From Candidatus Hermodarchaeota archaeon (GTDB lineage Archaea > Asgardarchaeota > Thorarchaeia > Thorarchaeales > Thorarchaeaceae): a DNA stretch of 64,000 nucleotides. The position numbers and the translations under genes are program-made. The stretch lies in assembly GCA_048885865.1 (NCBI GenBank), contig JBHLLF010000005.1, positions 32,001-96,000 of the forward strand, given 5' to 3'. Under the pieces are notes generated by a model, which was not told the origin of the DNA, ran no database searches, and saw only the letters and a program-made list of their open reading frames with translations. How positions within the stretch are numbered: the first letter of the stretch is position 1; each line of letters begins with the position of its first letter. Positions 9,242-17,604 of this stretch are shown piece after piece.

Positions 9242-10525
9242 CTATTCCATCAGGTCATCGAATGTGGCTATCTGAAGACCGCGTGGGCGCTTATCGAGGT
9301 CTGCAACAGCAGCTCCAATGAGAAGTTTGACATTCTTCGTGGAAGCTGAGTCCGCAAGACGCTGGGTCACTACACCATCGAACACAATAGCATCAGCATT
9401 GTCGATGCTCTCAAGAGTCTTTGCAAGGTCTGCGACACTGCACTCTGCTACAATATTCTTTTCAGCATCAAAGACCACAGCCTTGAAGGTTTCCTTTATC
9501 TCGTCTATCTGACCCAGATACGTATCGTCTACCTCAAGTACAGGTCTACGTGGAGGCTTTTCTCTTCTCGGCTCTCGATATACCGGTCTTTCATACTCTT
9601 CGCTGGGTCGACGGTCTTCTCTTCTTGTTCTCGGTTCTCTTTTTGGTCTCTTGACGGATGTCTTCTTTCTCTCTGAGGGCTTCCTGTCGCTTACCAATGC
9701 CAATGCTTGATCAGCTGGAATCCGTGTCTGAAGAGCCTTATCAACCTCCAGCCGAGAAAGTTCTTCCACCTCTTTACCTTCCGGAGCTCTTGCTATATAG
9801 TCAATCTTGGCAACTTGCATCAGTTCTCGCAGAATCAGGTCTCCCCCTCTATCCCCGTCAAGGAATGCGATGACCTTCTTGCCACGTTTCCTTGTCAGGT
9901 CTGCAATGCTCTTTGGAATATGGGTTCCTTCCACAGCAACTGTGTTATTAATCCCATATTTCATGAGATTGAGAATATCGGCTCTTCCCTCAACAATGAT
10001 TATCTCTTTGCTTTTGGCTAGTTCTGGGCCAGCTGGGAGATTGTCAGGCCCAAACTTGGCAACGCCTCCCTTCCTTCCCTTTGTCACTGCAGTTGTAATT
10101 TCGGTAGCTCCTGGTGCAATATCCTCTTCCCATCCCTTCAGAATGCTGATTGCTCTGCTGACAACCTTCCGCCGCTTTGCGCCTCGGATATCTTCCACTT
10201 TTTCTAGGGTCACCTTAGCCGTGCAGGGTCCTACTCTGTCTACGGTTTCCAGTGACGCTGCGAGTATAGCTGTTGCTGTCTTGTTGAGAGAAACTGGAAT
10301 GACAATCTCGCCGCGACTGTGTCCGCCCTGCGACTTGATGGCAATCTGGATTCTACCAATTCTCCCTGTTCGTTGTAGCTCCCGCAGATCAAGATCCTCT
10401 CCCAAGAGGCCCTCTGTCTGTCCGAATACTGCTCCCACAACATCTGGTTTGTCTACTACACCATCGATGTCAATTTTTGCTCTTATGACGTATTTTGCAG
10501 TACTTGAATCGAAATCTGTTCCCAA
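9242..10525 (-). CDS. dnaG: Archaeal DnaG (primase-like, exosome-associated)
   Basis: GAVFGQTEGLLG, RELQRTGRIGRI, TOPRIM VEGRAD, DGDRGG; TTG start preceded by AGGAG. Confidence 0.96.
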   Translation of the reverse strand: MGTDFDSSTAKYVIRAKIDIDGVVDKPDVVGAVFGQTEGLLGEDLDLRELQRTGRIGRIQIAIKSQGGHSRGEIVIPVSLNKTATAILAASLETVDRVGPCTAKVTLEKVEDIRGAKRRKVVSRAISILKGWEEDIAPGATEITTAVTKGRKGGVAKFGPDNLPAGPELAKSKEIIIVEGRADILNLMKYGINNTVAVEGTHIPKSIADLTRKRGKKVIAFLDGDRGGDLILRELMQVAKIDYIARAPEGKEVEELSRLEVDKALQTRIPADQALALVSDRKPSERKKTSVKRPKREPRTRREDRRPSEEYERPVYREPRREKPPRRPVLEVDDTYLGQIDEIKETFKAVVFDAEKNIVAECSVADLAKTLESIDNADAIVFDGVVTQRLADSASTKNVKLLIGAAVADLDKRPRGLQIATFDDLME

Positions 10526-10529
10526 TGAT

Positions 10530-10840
10530 GGTATCTCCTATGTCATACTGCCCGGTGCTTTTGCCCCTCATAATGAGATGCACTCTTCGCGCACCATCAT
10601 GGTACAGGTACCTATCTCCAACCTCTTCATGTTCGACTAGGAATGGACCCACAGAGTCGGCTTTCTCCCATGCCCTTTTTGTGCAATGATGATTAGATGA
10701 TTCTGATGATTTTGTGATTGATAAACGTCTTATGACGCGCGCGACGGCACCTCACTTCAGGAGGTCAAGCCGTGGCTTGTGATATGATGATATGATGATC
10801 GTAAAGCACACCCGATTCCTTTAGGGTGTGACTCCTTACA
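10530..10840 (-). promoter_or_regulatory. Long structured leader or ncRNA upstream of dnaG with AUC-repeat linkers
   Basis: Several hairpins separated by two ATC-rich tracts; TATA-like TTCAAATA on minus at 10862-10869. Confidence 0.45.
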
Positions 10841-11271
10841 TGGTTGGTCTGAACTGATGCGTATTTGAAGCTGTCGTTAGCACCATCAGGTTGGCCTGTT
10901 TCTCCACAAATGCCCGAGAATCGCGCCAATTGACAACGCTAATAACCATTGATTCCAAATTCTATACGTTCAGGAGAAATGACCCATTCACGAGGGCACA
11001 CAGAGGCTTTGCCTATGAGGTGTTGCGCAAGGGATGGGTGACAGCCTGGACGATGCCTGTCGAAAACCGTTTGGACGAGTCATAACGGACTCATATGATG
11101 AAACTTAGTTTCAGATGAAATGTGGGTCACCCAGACTTCGTACATTGACAGGCCGGTCGATGCCAATATGCCCAGCACGAGACAACTCGGTGGAGCCAGA
11201 TGCATTTCTGATGCTGTGATGCTGGGAGTTAGTGGTATGGGACACAGGCATCGGCCCCCTCTGATTTGGAC

Positions 11272-11472
11272 CTAATTACCAGATGACGAATCAGGTTCTG
11301 ACCATAACTGAATGAAACCGCATTCTGGACATCGAAAGGCAGAAACCTTGGAAGCTTCTCTGCTGAAGATACCAGTTCTTTGGCCTTTCCATAAGACAGC
11401 CATCTCTCCGGGGGATCCAAGATGTCCGGATGTCATCATCCCGCCACAATTGGAACATGTCCTAGACTCCAA
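11272..11472 (-). CDS. Small Zn-ribbon protein
   Basis: CSNCGGMM..G and AFRCPECG knuckles. Confidence 0.7.
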   Translation of the reverse strand: MESRTCSNCGGMMTSGHLGSPGEMAVLWKGQRTGIFSREASKVSAFRCPECGFIQLWSEPDSSSGN

Positions 11473-11580
11473 GTAATATCACCTACTTAATCCAAGAAAC
11501 AGAATAGTCTCTTATCGAGTTCAATTTGGCGGCTCATCTTATAAGCTAGAAGCTGCGAGTCGTCAACAGTACACCAAAAC

Positions 11581-12255
11581 TCAAAACTTGAGTTCACGAC
11601 TATCTCCAGGATTCATGACTTCTACTTTCACATCAGATGCCATCTTAGAAACAAGCACTTCGAATTCCTTTGGATCTTGTTCAATTGCAGGAAATGTGTT
11701 GTAATGCATTGGGATGACAGTCTTTGGTCTGACAAGCTTTGTTGCCCATGCAGCTTCTTCTAGTCCACACGTGTAGTACGAGCCTATGGGAATGAAGAGT
11801 AATTCTATGCCATGCATCTTTCCAAGCAATTCCATATCTAGGAACACTCCTGTGTCACCAGTATGATAGACTATACCACATGGAAGATTGACAATGAATC
11901 CTGTTGGAGCACCTATCCCGCATGAATGAAACGCATGAACCAGAGTGACTCTGATGTCACCGATATCTACGCTACCACCAATGTTGAGCGTGTGCACGTT
12001 CTCAACCCCTGCACTCTGTGCCTGCAGTGCAAGCTCGTTGATTGCAACAAAGTATGCACCCGTCTTCTTGCAAATCTCAATAGCTTCTGTATAACCATGA
12101 TCCCCATGGTCATGTGTAACCATGACAATGTCTGCCTTTTCAACGTCTTCCGCCTTCAATGGTGAAGTCGGCCCACTCAACCATGGGTCTATGAAGGCAA
12201 TTCTCTCTCCGCACTCGATTTTGAAGGATGCGTGACCAAGATATGTGACTCTCAT
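11581..12255 (-). CDS. Metal-dependent hydrolase (metallo-beta-lactamase fold, UPF0173-like)
   Basis: MRVTYLGHASF, THDHGDH, YHTGDT, IPMHYNTF; start trimmed to MRVT. Confidence 0.9.
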   Translation of the reverse strand: MRVTYLGHASFKIECGERIAFIDPWLSGPTSPLKAEDVEKADIVMVTHDHGDHGYTEAIEICKKTGAYFVAINELALQAQSAGVENVHTLNIGGSVDIGDIRVTLVHAFHSCGIGAPTGFIVNLPCGIVYHTGDTGVFLDMELLGKMHGIELLFIPIGSYYTCGLEEAAWATKLVRPKTVIPMHYNTFPAIEQDPKEFEVLVSKMASDVKVEVMNPGDSRELKF

Positions 12256-12365
12256 CTCATATTTCCCCTGTTGATGATTTGCTGTAACTTGGGAAAGCAG
12301 GAGCGTCGTCACTTAAATCAGTCACTTCTGCGGGCAGGTATTTCTTTGCTATGACGCCAGGTGGC

Positions 12366-12827
12366 TTAGATGGTTGACTGCAAATTCTGTCTAAGCACAA
12401 GAAGACCAATGAGGGCAACAACCGATGGGGCTGGAAGAGGAATTACAAAAACTGCCGGAGGTCCACCCAGCAAAAGAATCGGTGCTGATACCTGCAATAT
12501 TAGAGTGAATAGGACCCCAACTATTGCCTGCCAAAAGCGTGTTCTAAGGAGAAGGAGAACTGCTAGGAATATTGCAGCCAATATCCATATGGCAGCTAAA
12601 GCCAAGAACGAATCGAATCGGGGGTCATAGACCGGCCACCTGTAATGGAATGTGCCTGAATAGAAGTTGACACAACCAAATATGAAAGTCCATCCCGAGA
12701 TTGGATATGTCAACATCAAAGGCACAGCGCCAAGCTCGATGAATGCCATTGGAGTTGCGATAGTCACTGCTATGACAAGAGAGATGAAAATCCCCTGAAC
12801 TGACGGCATTCTATCCCTGAGATTCAT
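12366..12827 (-). CDS. Hypothetical membrane protein
   Basis: About four hydrophobic segments. Confidence 0.65.
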   Translation of the reverse strand: MNLRDRMPSVQGIFISLVIAVTIATPMAFIELGAVPLMLTYPISGWTFIFGCVNFYSGTFHYRWPVYDPRFDSFLALAAIWILAAIFLAVLLLLRTRFWQAIVGVLFTLILQVSAPILLLGGPPAVFVIPLPAPSVVALIGLLVLRQNLQSTI

Positions 12828-12952
12828 TCCAACTCTTTCCTAAGATGATTATAGGAAGAATCACATATCAATGATACAGGCTGGACCAAGATGTAGGTTG
12901 AAGAAATGGACTGTATAGAACTCCTTAAGATTACAATCTACAGCCCTCGTAA

Positions 12953-13852
12953 GTGACAATGACCTCTCCTCATCCTGATTTCATTAAGGCTGGCCGAATT
13001 GCAGCAAGAGTCCTAAAGGAAATGAGCCCTCAAGTCAAGCCTGGAGTCAAGGTTTTGAGAATCTGCACCCTTACAGAGAAGAAGATACTGGAGTATGGAG
13101 GGGGCCTAGCCTTTCCCTGTAATGTTTCTCTGAATGAGGAAGCTGCACATTATACCAGTCCCCATAATGATAGCAGGGTGTTTCCAAAAAAGGGCTTGGT
13201 CAAACTGGATATTGGTGCTCATGTCAATGGTCACCTAGTGGATACAGCTGTCACTATTGATCTAGATGGGTCCTATGAGAACTTCATCGCGGCATCAAGT
13301 TCTGCACTGGACGCCGCTATAGAAGTGATTCAGCCAGGAGTCCGTGTAGGAGAGGTTGGTGCTGCAATCGAACGAGCCATCAAGAAGCATGGTTTGCGCC
13401 CCATTCATCAGCTCTCAGGTCACCAGCTCAAACAGTGGAATCTTCATGCAGGAACGACTGTTCCCAATGTTGGTACACGCAGAGGCGCGAAGATGAATCT
13501 AGGTGAAACCTTCGCAGTGGAACCTTTCGCAACTGATGGCAATGGAACAGTGAAATCGTCACCAGAATCCTACATCTTCGCGAATGTGCTGACCAACAAG
13601 AAAAAACTGGATCGACTGACAAACCAGGTTCGCACCGCCGCACGCAAGAAGTTTGGTCCACTTCCTTGGGCATCAAGATGGCTTAGTAAGTCCCGAGTCG
13701 ATGTTGCGGCAGCACTTCATACTCTTCTCAGAGCAGGTGCAATCAGAAGCTATCCTGTGCTCATTGAGGGCAAGGGTGGTATGGTGTCTCAGTTTGAACA
13801 CAGTCTATTTGTTGGAGAAAAGGGAGCCATAGTTACAACCCTGCGCGATTAA
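12953..13852 (+). CDS. map: Type 2 methionine aminopeptidase, copy 1
   Basis: AFPCNVS, AAHYT, DIGAHVNGHLVDTA, GH..LHAG, AVEPF, QFEHS. Confidence 0.93.
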   Translation: MTMTSPHPDFIKAGRIAARVLKEMSPQVKPGVKVLRICTLTEKKILEYGGGLAFPCNVSLNEEAAHYTSPHNDSRVFPKKGLVKLDIGAHVNGHLVDTAVTIDLDGSYENFIAASSSALDAAIEVIQPGVRVGEVGAAIERAIKKHGLRPIHQLSGHQLKQWNLHAGTTVPNVGTRRGAKMNLGETFAVEPFATDGNGTVKSSPESYIFANVLTNKKKLDRLTNQVRTAARKKFGPLPWASRWLSKSRVDVAAALHTLLRAGAIRSYPVLIEGKGGMVSQFEHSLFVGEKGAIVTTLRD

Positions 13853-13916
13853 TTCTCCTGAAAGCGTGTATGAAACGTCTTAAGAACAGACATGTCAAGC
13901 AAATTCGTGATGCGTC

Positions 13917-14822
13917 ATGACGCTTGGTCCTCATCCTGACTATGTGAAGGCGGGGAAAATTGCAGCCCGTGTGCTGGATGAGGTGAGTCAAGCGGCTGTG
14001 CCCAAGACCAAGGTCATTAAACTCTGTACAATGGCTGAAAGGAAGATTGTCGACTACGGCGGTCGTCCTGCTTTTCCCTGTAACATTTGCATTGATCATA
14101 TCGCCGCTCATCGCACTTCCCCTTTGAATGATGACGCAGCAATTCCTGCCTTTGGGTTGGTGAAGATTGACATAGGTGTGCATATTGACGGACATATAGT
14201 CGATACTGCATTGACTAAGGACATGGATGGCACTCTTGAGGGATTTATCACAGCCACAGAAGATGCACTTGACGATGCTTTGGACTTGATGCGACCTGGC
14301 ATCGAACTCAGTGAAGTTGGAAAGTCAATCGAGAAAGTCATCAAGGCATATGGCCTAAGACCGATCAAGAACCTCACTGGTCATAACATTAAACGCTACA
14401 AGCTACATGGGGGGAAGACGCTTCCCAATACCAAGACACGAAGTCGAGGAAGGATAGAAGCGGGTGAATACTATGCTATCGAACCCTATGCCACAACTGG
14501 CTTCGGTGAGGTATTGGATACGGATTTCGTCTATATATTCACCAATTCCGTTCTAGATGAGCCATCGAAAGGAACCACTGAGAAACTCAGAGTGTATCTC
14601 AGAAAGAAGTATGGTCCATTACCTTTTACTGCACGCTGGATAAAATCAACGAGTTCCGAAGTGAGTCTCCTAGACGAGTTTAAGCTGCTAGTCAAATCTA
14701 AGGCAATCATCGGTCATCCGATGCAGGTAGAGAAAGGAACGCGACCTGTGAGCGTATCGGAGCATACTGTCTTCATCTCTGACAAGAAGCCCATTATTCT
14801 TACAAAGCTTAGAGAAGACTGA
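13917..14822 (+). CDS. map: Type 2 methionine aminopeptidase, copy 2
   Basis: AFPCNIC, AAHRT, DIGVHIDGHIVDTA, GH..LHGG, AIEPY, VSEHT. Confidence 0.92.
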   Translation: MTLGPHPDYVKAGKIAARVLDEVSQAAVPKTKVIKLCTMAERKIVDYGGRPAFPCNICIDHIAAHRTSPLNDDAAIPAFGLVKIDIGVHIDGHIVDTALTKDMDGTLEGFITATEDALDDALDLMRPGIELSEVGKSIEKVIKAYGLRPIKNLTGHNIKRYKLHGGKTLPNTKTRSRGRIEAGEYYAIEPYATTGFGEVLDTDFVYIFTNSVLDEPSKGTTEKLRVYLRKKYGPLPFTARWIKSTSSEVSLLDEFKLLVKSKAIIGHPMQVEKGTRPVSVSEHTVFISDKKPIILTKLRED

Positions 14823-14827
14823 GCCGT

Positions 14828-15181
14828 CTATTCTGGCTCCTCTTCTCTGACAACATACACTCCATGGATTGTCATGGTGCTGTGACAAGTCGGGCATTGA
14901 GTTTCCATGGGCTTTAGGATATAGTCGCCTGCCTGGAAATCTCTGATTTCCTTGAATGTGCAGTCCGGATTGTCACATCTTATCTCTGTCACAGTTGGTG
15001 GCGGTGGTTTCTTCTCTCCAGCCGTGCTTCTTGAGGTGACCAATGTCAGTCCTACAGACATCAGTATGAGGCCTAGTATGTAGTAACCAAAGGACCAGAC
15101 AGGATCTGACGACCCAAAGAACAGGATTGCTATCCCTGACCCAGCGATGATGATTCCAAATAGTCTGCTAACTAATCCCAT
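14828..15181 (-). CDS. Membrane-anchored Zn-ribbon protein
   Basis: Two TM helices, polyPro linker, CDNPDC...CPTC. Confidence 0.75.
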   Translation of the reverse strand: MGLVSRLFGIIIAGSGIAILFFGSSDPVWSFGYYILGLILMSVGLTLVTSRSTAGEKKPPPPTVTEIRCDNPDCTFKEIRDFQAGDYILKPMETQCPTCHSTMTIHGVYVVREEEPE

Positions 15182-15193
15182 ATTTCTGTCACC

Positions 15194-16354
15194 TCAGAGT
15201 CCAATTCCAATAGTGTTTCCAATTCCAGCTAGGATGACTTTGTCACCGGGTTTTGTTCTCTTCAGAATCGATGTCTTGATTCTCTCTATGACCTCGGGTA
15301 CGGAGTCAAGAATTTTCTTGTCCATCACGCCGACGGCTGCAGCCTCATCCTCTTTAATGACAATGGCCTCGATGCCGATATCATTCTCTGTTGCAGTCTG
15401 CTCCATGGCATGCTTCTCAGGACCTGGGTCTCCAATTGCTGCACCAGTGCCTTCTGACACCCGTCCTAAGTCCTCTCCCTCAAGTTTCAGAGCTGCATCA
15501 ATCGTAATGATTCTCGCAATCTTGCCCTTGTTATCGTCCACGAGTTTCTTGACCGCAAAGCCTGGTTTGCCTACAGTACCGCCTGGACCGGTGGCTCTGA
15601 GTGCATAGACAGTGCGGCCCTCGACCTCTATAGGATAGTAGCCAACTTCTCTGCTTATTTCATGGACATAATTGTCGGGAGTTCCGCCATATTCACGAGC
15701 GAACCGAGTGATTACCAATGGTCCGATTCCATCTCCAATAGGCTTGCCCTCTGCAAACGCATCGAGGGCATCGAAGTATGCTTTTGCTAGTCGCATGATA
15801 TCCGGGAGCTGCATGTGAATCTGCATGATCATGATTTGACTTCCAGTCTTCTTCCCAATCAGGTAGAAGTGTCGAACGATTCGGAAGATCAGGTCTAGAA
15901 CCTGAGTTACTTCAAGGGTATTCTCCAATGATTGATGTTCAGCTGAAACACCCTCTGGCGCAAGCTCCGAAACGAATTCTTGGAAGCGGTCTCTTCGTTC
16001 ATCCAGAAGATGGTCTAACCGTTTCAGTATCCCAGCTGGGTCTAGGTCCACAGGCATTATTGTGAAGTAGTCCAACCAGCGAGCTAGCTCCTTCTCAACC
16101 TCTTCCTCAGGCCTACCGTATTTCTTGAATGTGTCTGTAGCTTTCTGAGTTGATTCCTTTTTCATCTGCTCAAGTTCAGCGAGGCTCGCCTCTATCTGCT
16201 TGAGCCACTGCCACATCTGGATTCTGGCGCCATAGAGACTCATCATGATAATGAACACGAGGAATACAATATTGATGAGCCCTGTGAAGTCGCCTTCTAG
16301 ACCTGGAAACTGCATTTGTATCATCTCGAAAAACTCGAGTTCTCCTTTAACCAT
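15194..16354 (-). CDS. DUF1512 family protein
   Basis: PIGDGIGPL, GPGGTVG, IITIDAALKLEGE, GIGNTIGIG; N-terminal TM. Confidence 0.85.
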   Translation of the reverse strand: MVKGELEFFEMIQMQFPGLEGDFTGLINIVFLVFIIMMSLYGARIQMWQWLKQIEASLAELEQMKKESTQKATDTFKKYGRPEEEVEKELARWLDYFTIMPVDLDPAGILKRLDHLLDERRDRFQEFVSELAPEGVSAEHQSLENTLEVTQVLDLIFRIVRHFYLIGKKTGSQIMIMQIHMQLPDIMRLAKAYFDALDAFAEGKPIGDGIGPLVITRFAREYGGTPDNYVHEISREVGYYPIEVEGRTVYALRATGPGGTVGKPGFAVKKLVDDNKGKIARIITIDAALKLEGEDLGRVSEGTGAAIGDPGPEKHAMEQTATENDIGIEAIVIKEDEAAAVGVMDKKILDSVPEVIERIKTSILKRTKPGDKVILAGIGNTIGIGL

Positions 16355-16416
16355 TACTCATTGGGCATATGATTGCGCATGTTGCCCTGTTGGTGAAAGC
16401 CTTGGAATAAGGAGAA

Positions 16417-16536
16417 TGTGGCAGCTTGCAGGCCTGTCACGCGCTCGCGCAGCGCACATCTCCTGCAACGACACCGGGCTTAATTTCCGAGATCGGAACG
16501 GGATCGGATGGACCCCGGCGCCTATGGCCGCCATCA
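16417..16536 (-). rRNA. rrf: 5S rRNA (stand-alone)
   Basis: Minus strand GATGGCGGCCATAGGCGCCGGGGTCCATCCGATCCCGTTCCGATCTCGGAAATTAAGCCCGG...AAGCTGCCAC; ends approximate. Confidence 0.92.
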
Positions 16537-16638
16537 AGTTCCGTGGTCTGATACTTTGGGTTTTAAACATTGTCCTCTGGCAGGGTTTCTTCTAGAGGCC
16601 CACAAGCTGGCACATTCTCTCTTCCATACTTCTCACTG

Positions 16639-17526
16639 CTATACGAATCCAATATGGCTGGCAAGGCTCTGTTTCAGAATTCTCTCAGCCTCTTCATGTT
16701 TGGTCAGGTCTGTAGCCGCCAGTGGATGAACTTCCATGTTGAAGACCTTCTCAACCACTGATGGTGCTAGGGCATTAGGCAGGTCCTGTTTATTGGCTAT
16801 CACTGTCAGAGAAGCTGTTTCTGCACAGCTCATGACTTCAGACGCCAGCTTTTGAGACTCCAAGACGTTCTTCAGAGTTGAGTCTGTCACCAACAGTATG
16901 ACATCAACATTGACTAAGCATGATTCCCAGACCTTGTTGACTTCGTCATCTCCTCCGAGATCCCATAGATCAACAGTGCAGTTTGAAATGTCCATTCCAT
17001 CAAGGCTCTCAGTGTTCATACCCATTGTGGGAATATAGACCTCGGGAGGTCTTTGTCCAAGCAGCAAGTGCATGGTGGTGGTCTTTCCTACGCCCCTAGT
17101 CCCTACTAGAGCGACCACGAGCTTAGACTCTAAGAATGGTGTCACAATCTCGGTGTATTTCTTGAACACCTTTGTGACTGACTGGTTTTCCAGTTCGCTC
17201 CTTACTGCACGACCTGCCCGGCGTATTCTATCTGTGATTATCTTGTCTGACTCTTTGCCGTCTGTGATGAGGATGACAAATAGGTCATCAGTGCACTCGT
17301 ATGCATACCATCTGCTACTATTGAAATTCCGCCGTAGCACAGATCCCTTTCTGAGTTTGGACTTTCGCTCAATGATCCACGGAGTCAGCTTTGATAGTAT
17401 CTCCTTCTCGCCATCGATTGGCCAAATTCTAGCCCACGCCTTCTTGATTTTCGGGGCAACCTTTAGCAAGATACTACCCAGGATCAATAGAATACCTTCT
17501 GTGCCATCAGATTTTTCATTCAACAT
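16639..17526 (-). CDS. Small Arf/Rab-like GTPase with N-terminal longin-like domain
   Basis: G1 GTRGVGKTT, G2 YIPT, G3 WDLGG, G4 NKQD; ~130-aa N-terminal alpha/beta domain. Confidence 0.85.
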   Translation of the reverse strand: MLNEKSDGTEGILLILGSILLKVAPKIKKAWARIWPIDGEKEILSKLTPWIIERKSKLRKGSVLRRNFNSSRWYAYECTDDLFVILITDGKESDKIITDRIRRAGRAVRSELENQSVTKVFKKYTEIVTPFLESKLVVALVGTRGVGKTTTMHLLLGQRPPEVYIPTMGMNTESLDGMDISNCTVDLWDLGGDDEVNKVWESCLVNVDVILLVTDSTLKNVLESQKLASEVMSCAETASLTVIANKQDLPNALAPSVVEKVFNMEVHPLAATDLTKHEEAERILKQSLASHIGFV

Positions 17527-17604
17527 CAGGCAGTTACAGAGAATGTATTTCTAACATTGTGTGACACATGGCATGGAACTTCGAATCTGTCATTCACAAG
17601 ACAC

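Noticed and set aside
9807-10640. Long antisense ORFs (also 3849-4514, 42667-43335, 55780-56268)
   Set aside because: Shadows of well-supported genes, with Ser/Arg/Pro-rich non-protein composition.
10470-10652. 60-aa ORF overlapping the dnaG start
   Set aside because: No recognisable motif; it overlaps dnaG out of frame and lies in hairpin-rich leader sequence.
10681-10800. GAT repeats as a CRISPR array or replication origin
   Set aside because: Units are too short with no spacers; no ORB-like G-string or orc1/cdc6 nearby.
16245-16761. Short ORFs (16245-16595, 16358-16570, 16508-16729, 16570-16761)
   Set aside because: They overlap the 5S rRNA or real genes on the other strand.
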